The notes beneath the pieces are model-generated. The model searched no databases and was not told the origin of the DNA. It saw nothing but the letters and a program-made list of their open reading frames with translations. DNA of 64,000 nucleotides from Takakia lepidozioides. Its lineage: Eukaryota > Plantae > Bryophyta. This document shows, one piece after another, positions 34,745 through 47,371 of the stretch. The translations under genes were made by a program, and so were the position numbers. The stretch spans positions 33,852,001-33,916,000 of the forward strand of contig CM060731.1 of NCBI GenBank assembly GCA_030704615.1, given 5' to 3'. Position 1 is the stretch's first letter; each line of letters begins with the position of its first letter.

Positions 34745-35600
34745 ATCTGAAATGCGGCACCGCATCTCCAAAACCGGGGCAAGAACAATTTTCCGTTTCA
34801 TGGTTTGGACATCAGAAACTGTTCGGACAAACGGAAATGCGGTGCCGCATTTCCGTTTCCGACACGGCAGTTTTGCCGATTGCTAGCTCCTTCCATGGAG
34901 GTAAATGGAAATGCGGAGGTCGAACATGGAAATGCGGTGCCACATTTACCTTTTGGAGATGGACATTTCCCCAACTGCAGACCCATCGACGTTCTTGGGC
35001 TCCCCATTCCATGATGCTAGACGGGAATGCGGCACCGCATTCCATTGTCCAATAAGAAATTTCGATGACGTACATGGAAATGCGGCGCCGCATTTCCAAA
35101 ACGGACATCGGTGTTTGCCCAATTCCAGACCCTTTGACGGAAATGCGGCACCGCATTCCATCGTCCTATAAAAACTTACATTGTCCTATAAAAACTTTCG
35201 ATTGCCCAACATGAAAATGCGGTGCCGCATTTCGAAAATAGACATTGTTGTTTGTCCAATTCCAGACCCGTGTGGGCATTCCGTCTTGATGGACGGAAAT
35301 GCGGCACCGCATTCCATTGTCTGATTCGATATTTTGATGACAGACATGGAAATGCGGTGCCGCATTTCCAGAACTTCCATCGTTGTTTGTCCAATTCCAC
35401 ACCCTTCGACGGAAATGCGACACCGCATTCCATTGTGCTCTCCGGAAATGTTGTGCCGCATTTCATTGTCCGGTACGAAATTTCGATGACGGACATGGAA
35501 ATGCGGTGCCACTTTTCAAGTATGGACATGGACAAGCATTAGCGACTGGACATGCTTGGACAGTTCAAGGTCCAATATGGAAATGCGGCGCCGCATTTCA
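34745..35600. repeat. Array of ~13 palindromes GGAAATGCGG(CG/CA/TG)CCGCATTTCC
   Basis: Perfect copy at 35076-35097. Others near 34749, 34834, 34928, 35023, 35139, 35213, 35296, 35348, 35411, 35444, 35497 and 35579. Confidence 0.92.
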
Positions 35601-36007
35601 AATTCGAAGTATGGTAATGTCATGTCAGGAAATGAAATGTTGTACAGCATTTCCGGTACGACGACAATGGAGGAAAGGGAGCTGCCAAAAATCGCTGCAT
35701 GGAGAAAAATGAATTGTGTTGCCGAATTTCCGAGCTTCGGCGTGTACATGTTTCCTACAACTCATACATGGATTTTCTTCACCTCAGGACTCTGATATCG
35801 CTGACTCTGGTATAGTCATATGGACAGACACATTGTACAAATGAGACCTCAAATTGTAAACAGTGGGCCAATTACGGCAGTTCTTGAACACGATGAAACA
35901 CAAGCACACAGAAGTGAGGTACGATGGGTTGTTTTATTGATCGAACACGGTGTCTCACATTTAGTAACTCCAGACAAATCTAAGCCCTTCCTCCTTCTAC
36001 ATGGGCG

Positions 36008-36625
36008 TCACCAAGTCGACGGAACTTCGATAGCCCTAAAAACAAGCTCATTACTGATGCGGCACCTCGAGGTAAACTGCAATGCGGTCGATCAAGTGCC
36101 CTTGGTGGAGCTGACGACAATGTCATGCCCATCAATGATACCACCATCATACATTGACAAGGTCACTGTGGGCCTCCTGTGCCCGTGCGATTCGTCTTCG
36201 CAACTCAACCGAATGTCTCCATACACTGGAAAAGCGGAGTGAACTCCACGAATATAGTTTTCCCCGGTGCCGTCCTCCCTGGTCCACTGGCAGCAGTTCC
36301 AGCGCCAAAGTGAGGCCGTGCGTGATCTGTCCGGCATCCCATTCCACCTTGGTATATTGAGGTCAACAATTTTCAGGACCCAAGGACCGCATTGACCCTC
36401 GCCCTCACCTTGCTCAAAGCGGTAATAGCCCTCCAGATACTCCATTGCGCGCAAAGACTCCCGCTTGATTTCAGAAGCGTCTGTGAAAACAGAGAGCCAG
36501 ACAATGATGTCTCCTGATTCTGGTTTGAACATAGCATAATCGTGGCCATGATAAGGGCAGTCAGCAGGATTTCGGCAACACGACATCCCTGAAAAAGAGT
36601 AGCGAAGTACGCTCAATGACAGCAA
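36008..36625 (-). pseudogene. Unknown small protein, paralogue 1 (in-frame stop at 36092)
   Basis: SCCRNPADCPY..RWNCCQWT..YGDIR..DGGIIDG. Read-through gives LQFTSR..ELVFRAIEVP, matching paralogue 2. Confidence 0.75.
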
Positions 36626-36971
36626 CTCCCGGATGGAGGAGGCAGCAGCGCGGTGGCTGGAAGAAATTCAAGCAAACGCTGCAATTCCTCACAAACACTC
36701 CAAGGCACATTTAAATTTCCCCCCGACAGGAACCTGCACGGATGAAGATTGACTCATCCATGAATGTAGCCGTTTCAGTTTCCTTCCCTGCCATGCAAAC
36801 TATGGGCAGTAAGTGCCGGGTGGGCCTATAGCCACTCGAGACGACGAAGTCCATCCCCCCTTCAATGTAAATGCGGCGCCGAATTTCCATCCGGGGGATG
36901 GACTTCGGTGGCAGATTTCAAACTATACCCCTGGATGAGAAAGACGTATCGGTTCATCCACCGCTGGCGTG

Positions 36972-37774
36972 ATGAACACGTTACACGATGATTGGTGGGT
37001 ACTTGTGACCCAGATGCTCCATTTATTGGAGCCCGCACTGCTCTTCCGCTTCTCATCATTTCGAAAATCTAAGGGCTTCATTGCTGTCCGCAAGGTCATT
37101 GTCATCGGCATCAAAGACGTCCTCAGGTCCTCCTTTGCAAGGATGTCGTGCTTCCGGAACCGGGACGACTGCCCTTATGGAGGCATCGATTATGCAATGT
37201 ATTCGGCCACATTGGGAGACATCGTTATCTGGTACACAGAAATGAATATGTCTCTTCTTCCACAGTTACTGGTGCAAAAAGAAAAATTATTATAATTTTT
37301 TATTAAGATTACACAGAAGATACTGGTTCGAATGTGGAAACATTGTCCGCTTTTGAGTATCTCCCAGGCCAGTACGCCTTCGAGCGGGGTGACGATCTTG
37401 CTCTGAGGAGTCCGTGGCTCCTGCGCATCCTTGATTCCGATTTTCCCAGCTACGACGGGCATCCATGCAGAAGAATGCGCACTGCTATGCTGTTGCGGTG
37501 GAACTGCTGCCAGTGGACGTGGGTGGACTCCATCGGAGAGACTTATACTCCTGAAGGAGTGCGCTCATCTTCTCCATTGTATGGGGACATTCGCATTGGT
37601 GTGGAGGACGAAAACGTGAAGCTTTCCATATTCGATGGTGGTATGATTGAAGGGCAGAACATTGTGGTGAACATCAACGGGGGCGGTACAACGGCTGCAA
37701 TCCAGTTTACCTGGAGGAGCCCGATGACTCATGAGCTTGTTCTCAGAGCAGTCGAAGTCCCATTAACAACGTGA
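36972..37774 (+). pseudogene. Unknown small protein, paralogue 2 (interrupted by a 77-bp insertion)
   Basis: SCFRNRDDCPY..RWNCCQWT..YGDIR..DGGMIEG..ELVLRAVEVP. Confidence 0.75.
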
Positions 37775-38109
37775 CTTGTATTCAGAAGGCACAGGGCTAA
37801 AGATTTGTTTGCACAATCAGCACAGTAGACGTGCTTCAAATGCAATTCATGTGGATCAACAAAAACCCCATTGTGTCTGATCTTTTTGTTCTATTCTATA
37901 TCCATCGTTCCCAGAATGCATCATTCCTCATTTCGTTTGCGATTGGGAGTGTGGGTGGATTTTGCAAGTGGCTGGTAAGCTGAAATGGGCCCCCATTGTC
38001 CAGAGCAGTAGCACCCTACCATTCGCGAAACATTGCTTTTCAATATGAAATTCTAAAAAACATTGCCGAACCTCCTTCATCGGGAGGTCCTTCTCCCCCT
38101 ATGACCGTG

Positions 38110-38223
38110 ACACCCTAAACCCTATTCCCGTGGACACTCATTTCCAGAAAATAGTCCTGCTCATGTTTTTTTCGACACTTACGACTCTGCTCATGGCTCA
38201 TGGCTCATGAAATAGCAGCCCCC
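38110..38223 (-). mobile_element. Terminus (TIR + subterminal motif) of a second, larger Mutator-like element M2 extending leftwards
   Basis: Reverse complement GGGGGCTGCTATTTCATGAGCCATGAGCCATGAGC matches the M1 TIR. GTCCACGGGAATAGGGTTTAG matches M1 5821-5841. Confidence 0.85.
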
Positions 38224-38849
38224 GTGAAAAAGCAAGTATAAAGCAAATTCCCAGAGACATGTTTACCAATGATATATGTCTCGCTGGTAGTCGTTGAGAA
38301 ACAAGGCTCTTAAGCTTTGCCCACAAACTCAACATCAAATGAGTGTTGAATTGGGGGGTATGACACATAACCCTGCAATCCAGCAACTTCTCACGATTTA
38401 GAAAAGACCTTTCAAAAATGAAGAAAATGAAGAGATTGAAAGAGAACTATGTGGTTCAGGGCTGGATTAAATGGGGCAGCTTGGCATCAGATGGGCCTTG
38501 GGTTGCTGCCTACAGTGAAACAGAGAATATGGCATGCTACTGGAGGCATATCAATCGCATATCAATCCTCCTTGTCCACAACTGATAGACCTCTAGAGCT
38601 GGCACCAACAACAATCCATATTTTTCATCTAGGCCATCATCATTGCCAAAGTAAATTTGCCCCTACCTCTCTTGACATAAGATGCCTCTATTCTCACTGT
38701 GGAATTACAATGGGAGAACCATGCACTGGTATGAATAGACTCTTACCCTCGACAAATGGGGAGAGAGGAGAAGAGAATGGAGGTACCGCCGCCCTCAACA
38801 GTTGGTGGTTTTTTGGGGAAATGACATAGTGAATGCCTATAATTACTTG

Positions 38850-39125
38850 TAGGGCCTCCCTCCTATGACAACCATGTTGGGCATATCCTGCGATCATTGC
38901 ATTCCAAGACACCACATCTTGTTCGGCCATATCATCGAACACTCCCTTGTCATCCTTGATGCTACCACATTCAAACTACATGTCCACCCAGGTAGAGTTT
39001 AGAACAAATACCTCTCGTACTATTCCCATTTTGAGGCTGTCCAATTTCAGGGCTACCAAGCTCGCACATTCATTGCAAATGCAACCAATTGTGACCTTGT
39101 CCGGCTTCGGCATCACTAAAAGAAC
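38850..39125 (-). pseudogene. Degenerate PLS-class pentatricopeptide repeat gene fragment
   Basis: [40 protein letters not shown], with a stop. Confidence 0.8.
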
Positions 39126-39268
39126 TAGTTGTATAGTCAAATACCAATGTCATGAAGGGGGGGGATGTATCAAATTGTACACTTGAAGACTGTAAACAAG
39201 GACGACGTTTACAAGTCAGTTTGAAGTTTGCAAACTGCATGACTCAATGAAGTATGCTACGTACTACT

Positions 39269-42200
39269 TGTTAGAGGGCTGCTTGGGACTTAGACACTTT
39301 TACGGGTTCTGTGGGGTACCCTTAATTTTTGCGCAGACTGAGACCAACAAGAGCCTTAGGGGTGGCAGGCGCTGACTTTAGGGAGGTTAGACAGCCAGTC
39401 TTAGCCCGACACAGCTTCGCACAACCAGTCACAGCTCGGCACAGCTTGACACAGCCTGTCACAGTACATAGGGAACAGTTATCATTGACAGGGAATGACT
39501 GTGTGGGAACGATATCTACAGAGGGAACGTGTTACTTCAGGGGTGACGGTTAGTTAGTTAGGTGGTTAGAACAGCTTGCGGGTAGATTAGGCAGGGCGGC
39601 AACAGGAAGGGGGCTTCTGGAGGATCACTTCTTGAGGAGGAGACGTAACGGAGAGCGGAAACAGTGAAGGGGAGATGATGACTTGATTGAGGCTTAATTC
39701 ATGCAAGCTGTAGAATTATACAGGAGAGCCAGCCACAGGAGTAGACAACCAATTACCTGATGCGAGTTTATTTGCAGTGGAGGTGAAGGGAAGTGCAGAT
39801 GACTGGTTGCAGATACTACTTTACTCATGGTCAGTGCCCACCTAGTTATGGGAAGAAGCAGAGGAAGAGAATCGCTATCAAGGCTCTACCTTATACTATG
39901 GTAGGGGGCAGAATGTATAAGCTAGGACCTGATGGAGTACTTAAACGATGCTTGTACCACCATGAAGTAAATAAAGTTTTGGAGGAAGTTCATAAAGGAG
40001 TGGCTGGAGGTCATTTTGGAGAAGAGACTACCAGTAGAAAGATACTACTTGCAGGTTACTGGTGGCCTACTTTGTTCAAGGCTGTACACAAGTATTGTAA
40101 GAGTTGTGATGAGTGTCAGAGGCTAGGACCATTGCAGAGATCTGGGAAGATGGCTTTGCATCCTACGATGCCTACTGAATCATTTCAGAAATGGGGACTA
40201 GACTTTGTTGGACCAATTAACCCACCAGCCAAGAATACACAGAACAAGTATATAATCACAGCCACTGATTATACTACAAAGTGGGTGGAAGCTAAAGCTC
40301 TGAGGGACAACACAGCTAAGTCCACAGCAAGGTTCCTGTATGAGAACATACTTACACGATTTGGCTGTACCCTGGAATTTATCAATGACCAGGGAAGTCA
40401 CTTCATTAATGAGACCATAGAACTCTTGACTAAAGAGTTCATGATTGTGCATAGGAAGAGTACAACTTATTACCCACAGGGTAATGGGCAGATAGAGGCT
40501 ACCAACAAAATACTATGTACTATCTTGGCTAAGATAGTCAATGCAAACAGAACAGATTGGGATACAAAGCTGCTGACAGCTTTGTGGTCATACAGGACTT
40601 CATATAAAGTCACCACTAAGTATACACCATTCCAATTAGTTTATGGAATGGAAGCTTTACTTCTAGTGGAATTCCTGTTACATGAGAACTGAATGGGGAA
40701 GGAGAATGGAATTGGAAGATTCAATTAAGGTCAGAATTCAGATGAAGAGGAATGATCAGTTTTATGAAGGTAAATTAAAGACTTTTAAGACGGGAGATTT
40801 GGTTTTGTGGTTGCAAAAGAAGGGGAAGATTAAGGCTTCTAAGCTTAAATCACCATGGAAAGGACCTTATGTCATACAGAAGATGTATGATAACAACACC
40901 GCCATGTTACAAACCATTAACAAAGAGATGTTGGGAAGAGTCAATGCCAATAAGTTGAAGGGATACAGTGTTATCCATGACAAACCATTGCGGCACGACT
41001 TGCATATTGAAACACAGAAACAGTCACGAGCTGCACCGGTAATACCAACGGAGCATGAAACACTTGTCGTAAAGCCGATTGTGTATGGCCTGAGCGGAGA
41101 ACATGGGTGTTCGCATAGTTATCACAGCCCACCACAGCATCACACAGCCTATCACAGCCCACCACAGTGCCACACAGTTTATCACAGCCCACCACAGTTT
41201 GACACAGCCTGTCACAGCCCAACACAACCCACGCGGGTTACACAGTCCATAGGGTCAGTGACAGGTGGACGTGGGTTAACGTCCGGAAAGTGGCCGGCGG
41301 AAGAAATGACAGCTTGGAAGGCAAACGCGAAGAACTGCCACGCGGACAGGGAAAGACGGAGGAAGGTCTAGAAACAAACACGTGGTCGCCAGGGCGAAGC
41401 ACACCGCAGTGCATATATTGCAAAAGCGGGTGTCATCATGCAAGAAGACAAATTGGGCCGTCAAAGTACCTACCCGGTACATCAACCCAAACTATTTGTG
41501 GGCCCATTAATGCATTCAGGGCAAGGGTAACGGAACCCTTTATGAGTATATAAAAGGGGGATCTTTGCTACATGTGCTATCCTAGTGGACATTCCAGGGG
41601 GGAAAGTCCACGGAGGGGAGTTAAATTAAGAAGTTACCCAAGGAGGCAACAGCCAATCACGAGCGAGAATTACATGAAGATGGTTTCCTCCAAGAAACAA
41701 GAGCAAGAAATTAGCAGGATTATGAGCGCGAGAGTCGGGGTGGCTCCGAATAACCAACGTCTTGGCAGGAGAGGCAATCAAAGCTATAGCTTTGTAGCTA
41801 TGGCAGATATTACAGATTACACGCTCGCTTTACTCCTCACGCAGTGGCACAAGGACGGACGGGTTCAGAGTACATTCTCTCTCACTCGATACTTGCAAGC
41901 CCCACAGGCTTACACACACTTACCCGTTCCATTCTGTGCCAACCATACCTTTATGCTCTGTGCCCTGCAAGCTTTTCTTCAGCTGTTTCAAACAAGGCCT
42001 TTTTGTTTGTTTAGAGTGAAGAGAGTGAGGAGAACGGAGGATATCAGGGTGAAGAGCACCACGATACTGCAGAAACAAACAATTGCTACACCACAGGCAG
42101 TGCAGCTGCTGAGGGAGTTGCGATTGGAAGGGCTGCTACGCAAGGAATGGTCATTGCATCATCGGCAGTATATGCTTCAGTTTCTTCAGAACTTTGAGCC

Positions 42201-42948
42201 TAGGACGAGAGTAACCCAGGTGAGGGGAGTAGATATAGAAATTACTCCCCAGTACCTGCAGCAATTGTTCGAATTGCCATCGGGTCATGTGGATGTGGAT
42301 GAGCACAGGGCAAGATTGCAGATAGGAAATCTGTTCCAAGAAGGGAGTTTCTTTAAGACTCAAGGTTACGCTTGCACCAAAGCCGAGTACCCAGGGCTCA
42401 AAGAAGTTGGCCAAATACTGAACGTTCTGTTTGCCATGAAACAGAACCAACAGTATTTGAGCAAGTCATTCACAGAGGAGATACTGAAAGCCTTGCGAGG
42501 AGAGGATGTAGCTTGGGCAGAGTTAATGTACAATGGTCTAGTGGAAGAAATGAAGAGGTTACAGGGCACTGCTGCTAAGTCTCCGATCATCGTGTCTGGC
42601 CCAGTCATTGCTCAGATCATTCTTGACTCTTGCATACTTGATGCACAAGAACGTAAGGAGATGAGAGTGTTTGAGGCAGCAACAACTGCAATGGAGGAGC
42701 AGGGTTCTTCACATAGTGAGGGGGGACTGGCAGAGCAACACCAGTCTAAGAGACAGAAGAGGGGTATGATTGTAGTGGCAGATCCATTGGTTTCAAGAAA
42801 GCCGCAAGATGATGATGTTTCCCAAGCTCTTGTGCAGGATGGGGCACAGCAGCACAAAGAGCTGTTATTACTAAAAGCACGACCTTTGGAGAGGGAAGAA
42901 GAAGTCACTTTGGTACCACAGCCATCAAACCCAACACAAATTCCATGA
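39269..42948 (+). mobile_element. Deleted, diverged relative of element A: partial LTR, integrase and start of the extra ORF
   Basis: TGTTAGAGGG..GGGACTTAGACAC LTR start, joined at about 39720 to the RH-INT tether. Integrase 39793-41371. Extra-ORF homologue 41800-42948. Confidence 0.9.
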
Positions 42949-43058
42949 GGGAGGGACCATGTGCGTGAGGGTTCCTCCAAGTCAATGTTCACAGGGAACA
43001 GTCCACAGGAATTCTGTATACTCGTATATTCTACATCACCATAATCCAAAGAGATTAC

Positions 43059-43136
43059 CTTAGCACCTGTCTCATCATCCACGACCTCAGCTTTGAACTT
43101 AACAAAGCCCACGCGCTGCCCGAACATGTCTACACT
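43059..43136 (-). pseudogene. Isolated exon resembling plant Nudix hydrolase 14 (ADP-sugar pyrophosphatase)
   Basis: cag|SVDMFGQRVGFVKFKAEVVDDETGAK|gtaatc; 78 bp with canonical splice sites. Recognised from memory only. Confidence 0.65.
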
Positions 43137-46100
43137 CTGCTCCTCAAACACCACACCACAAAGCCCTTCATAGAGTCAAATCCCTTGAGTACTTGAAGGG
43201 TCCAAGGATTCAAAGCACTCCTTGATATAATCTGCAAGGCAAAAATCAAAGTGAAACAGCCTGTATGTGTGTCTGGGCCCCCATGGAAGGCTTCCTGCAT
43301 GTTTAACTAGAGAGCACATTGCCAGAGTGGACACGATGCTCTCTAGGGTGATGTTAATGTCTCGAGTCAATACTTCATTAACAATGTAACTACATTGCCA
43401 TTGGCTACACATGCACCACAAACCATATCACAGGGAATAAACTTCTCACAAGGCCCACACCCTTAAGGAAAGATTTCAGCCACAGGGAACAATCAACCAT
43501 TAATCTGTCTGCATGTAGCTATCGAGATCGGATACAACATCATCAAAACCCAAGGAGCAGGCTACGATACAGGGAACAAATGTAGCATAATCACCGTACC
43601 CTTCAGATACATGCTGCAAGCCAACCAGGTTGTGGACATGGTGGTAATCTGAAAAGTGGAAACCATGCGCATACCTGGATGAGGACTCGGCGAAGAGAGC
43701 ACCGGGCTCCCCCTGCTGCACACAGGGATGCCGCCTTTTCTGCATATTCATCATCACGGGATCTGCTGCTATCAGGTCATGATCCATTTGCTGGATCGTG
43801 GCATTGCCTTTCTGCAAATTCAACGCAGTATGATAGCACCCCGCAGAGAGTATCTCGACATCTGCCCGAGCATCTCGGCCTGTATTATCTACATAATCCG
43901 TCGCTCCTCGTAACACATAGGCAGATCCAGGGTTTCAATCCAGTTTCACAAAAGACGCTGAAACATCCCCTGTCCCAGATAATCTTTCCTGGAGTCATTT
44001 TGATAAGATTCTCACTGTACCAGAATGGTACAAGAGTCCCTGATATATAATCATAGAAGTGTAAGGTTAGTCCATCAGCAAGGCCAGAAAGCCTGCTTCC
44101 AGTTATTCTACTGGGACATAACCAACAAATTCCAGGGATGAAAAGACCACTTGGCCCCTGCAGGAGATCAAGAAATCCAGGAAAAAATCACGGGCTGTGT
44201 CTGGTTCAAACAGAAAGCCGTATCTTTACCGACTGTCAAGATGACAATAACCACCATCCCTTTCGTCGTGATCTGCATAAATACCTTGTCTGCCTTCACT
44301 TCCATTAAGTGGTATTTTACACATCCACTCTAGAAGCCGCCATGACATGGAAGCCTTCCCTAAAGCAATCAGGTAATCACTCCTTCGGGTAAGGATGCCA
44401 AAAGGATCTCCACTGCTGCATGCTCATCATCAAAGCGTAAAATCCCTGACAACACTTTAGCATCTTGCAGGGCACTCGAGAAGTAATCAAAGATTGTCAG
44501 CATTCATCCTTCGCCATACAGGTTGCACAATCGAGATACCAGCCTCTTGTAACACATAGGCAAGGTCCCCAATCTCTTCCACAAAGAATATTGAGACACC
44601 CCCTGAAGAGATCAAGTAAGGGATTCCCAATTTTTGTGAAAGAAATCTGCTTAACCTCCAGGATTGTTCCTGTAAAGTATTCCTGCGGAATTGCTTGTAG
44701 TACAGAGATCATTGCTGTCAGATCATGATCGAGCCCTTGTATCCTGTCAGTGCCAAGTCACTTGTAGTTCAGGGATGATCTTCACGCCCTCCCAGATTGT
44801 GACTAAGGCTTGGTCTGTCGGGAATGTAACACAGCACGTCCAGGGGCCACTTGCAAGGGCAAAAAGACTTTGACAAGGCATCATGGAAGCGCACTACGGT
44901 AAATGGTCCTAATAATGCTCACTTTCACCATATCGGAACCACAGCTTCACTTCACCAACATTCAGCACAAGAGGAGCAGAGCAGGGCATACAAGAGCTTG
45001 GTCGTTGATTGCGACACCTACAAAATGTACTCACGAGCCACAGACTCACATCAACTTCACTGCCTTGCAGTACAAGAAGACCCGCGTAAGACAGCAGCAT
45101 GCATCAACCCCTACCTTACAGTAGCACTCTCTCTCTGCCTACTACGAATGAGCACCCCCAAATGACTCGCACTCACTCAAGCATCAATTCTGGACCAGCA
45201 ATGTACATGACAGGGGGTGCAGGCTATTTGCAACTAAGTTGTGGCGTCTCTCCATCTCGCATTGCTTCTCCCCTCCCCTCCCCTCCCCTGCTGGTGCTAC
45301 GTAAATGGACCCATGGCACGTGGCTGGGCACAAGGACAGTGAGCAGCGTTGGATTACTGTTCCAGCTGATTTTTTCTCGAAGACCTCTCAATTCAGCTCT
45401 ACCATGAATTAGGGGCAGTTTAGGCTTTGGTGTAGGCGGGCAGTTTAGGGTGTGGTTTGGGTAGGAGCACAGATGGACCACAGGAGTGCTTGAGGAGGCT
45501 TGCTGGATTTTTGCTGGTCCTGTGCAGCATGTCTAGTAGTTCGACATGCTTCCAACCCCCAGCCCCCTTGCTGAGCAACTTGCATCTCCACTTCCAGTTC
45601 TCTGTCTCCTCATGGGCTTGACCAACCTGCCCCAATTACAGTGTGGACCAGATGCCAGGGCACATAGGCCGGATGCAGCATGTATCTCCAACATCAATCT
45701 CTGTTATATACATTTCTCCCCCTGCTGTGCACCCCAATGGACAAATCACTCCACTACCAGGCAGCATACATGGACCAGAGCAGTGCTTGCCAAGCCTGCT
45801 GGCTTTTTGCTGGGGCCGTACAATGTACATGCAATCCATATTCATTGTGCAGCAAGTACCGGGACAAAAGGAGCCAACGGCTTGATGTGATGGCAGGGGC
45901 TTGCTGGTCTCACACATATGTGCAAAGTACCTGCTATGGGAATTACACCCCTTCCCCCTACTGGGGTCAGTTCCCTCAGCTCCTGTTTCAGTGCCCTCAC
46001 TTGTTCATACACTCCCCCAACCTCTCCACTCTATTTACCTATTTCACATCTACTAGTCTGGCATTTGTCTACTTCCACTCTGCAACTGGGGGATCAAGTG

Positions 46101-46391
46101 CGTTACTAAAACCGTCATTCAAAAATTATGCTTTACACATTCCAGACCACTCCACTCTTCACCAAAAGTCCCCCATTTCAGGGGACAAAGTGGACTACTC
46201 AAATATATTCAACATGATTTCACAATACATACTCAAATAAATTTGCGTTGCATCAAAACCAGTCATGTCAAAAATATTTAGTTTCAAGAATTCAGACATG
46301 AATCTACACTAATTCTCAGACTATCTGCTGAACAAAAGCAGTTCTGTACAAAATTTCTGACATAACCACAAAATGAGACAGGTCCAGCACC

Positions 46392-46891
46392 NNNNNNNNN
46401 NNNNNNNNNNNNNNNNNNNNNNNNNNNNNNNNNNNNNNNNNNNNNNNNNNNNNNNNNNNNNNNNNNNNNNNNNNNNNNNNNNNNNNNNNNNNNNNNNNNN
46501 NNNNNNNNNNNNNNNNNNNNNNNNNNNNNNNNNNNNNNNNNNNNNNNNNNNNNNNNNNNNNNNNNNNNNNNNNNNNNNNNNNNNNNNNNNNNNNNNNNNN
46601 NNNNNNNNNNNNNNNNNNNNNNNNNNNNNNNNNNNNNNNNNNNNNNNNNNNNNNNNNNNNNNNNNNNNNNNNNNNNNNNNNNNNNNNNNNNNNNNNNNNN
46701 NNNNNNNNNNNNNNNNNNNNNNNNNNNNNNNNNNNNNNNNNNNNNNNNNNNNNNNNNNNNNNNNNNNNNNNNNNNNNNNNNNNNNNNNNNNNNNNNNNNN
46801 NNNNNNNNNNNNNNNNNNNNNNNNNNNNNNNNNNNNNNNNNNNNNNNNNNNNNNNNNNNNNNNNNNNNNNNNNNNNNNNNNNNNNNNNNNN
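46392..46891. other. Assembly gap (500 N)
   Basis: Run of N. Confidence 1.
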
Positions 46892-47371
46892 ATGAAGAGA
46901 GGATTATTATTCGGGGAAGGAGGATTTCGGAGTCATACGGGAGCGGAAGTCGGTGAGCACGATGAAGGAGGAAAGAGGATTAGTAGATGCTTGTTATATG
47001 CAAAGCTGTAGGGATATTGTAGAGGAGAATAGAGACACAATGGCTTCGGCCTGATACCTGATAAATCATAATCTGATACTTATACGATACAATCACACTG
47101 TGTAGAGAGATCTGAGTGAAGCTGTGGATTGAATGGAGGAGTGAAGGAAACCGATAAATTGATGAAGCAAACTGATACTTAATTATCAATGGTAAGGTAG
47201 CTAAGATGAATGCGGAAAAGGAAACAAATAGGAAACACCCCCATGATACACTAGCTGTAGGTCATGACGGATTGTTCTGCGCGGGCTGAGTACTTAGAGA
47301 TTTCCAACTCTTCTATCTTGGAGTTTCCGCCTCGGATAGCGAAGGGATGGGTGAGTAAAAGCCGCGCGACA
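46892..47371 (+). repeat. 3' part of an A-family LTR in opposite orientation, inserted into the tandem repeats of A copy 2
   Basis: Diverged reverse complement of about 19658-20150. Ends GCCGCGCGACA, then the 30-bp repeat resumes. Confidence 0.88.

Noticed and set aside
34745-35600. CRISPR-like array of palindromic repeats with spacers
   Set aside because: The spacers are related to each other and irregular in length, there are no cas genes, and the context is a eukaryotic transposon.
34701-35795. Overlapping ORFs with KCGAAF / MRHRIS
   Set aside because: They are by-products of the palindrome array.
37232-37319. Intron in paralogue 2
   Set aside because: The obvious GT-AG choices create a TGA stop; the 9-bp direct repeat explains the insert better.
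38113-38123. Plant telomere repeat CCCTAAA
   Set aside because: Only about 1.5 units, and part of the transposon subterminal motif.
46373-47011. 212-aa ORF
   Set aside because: It spans the N gap.
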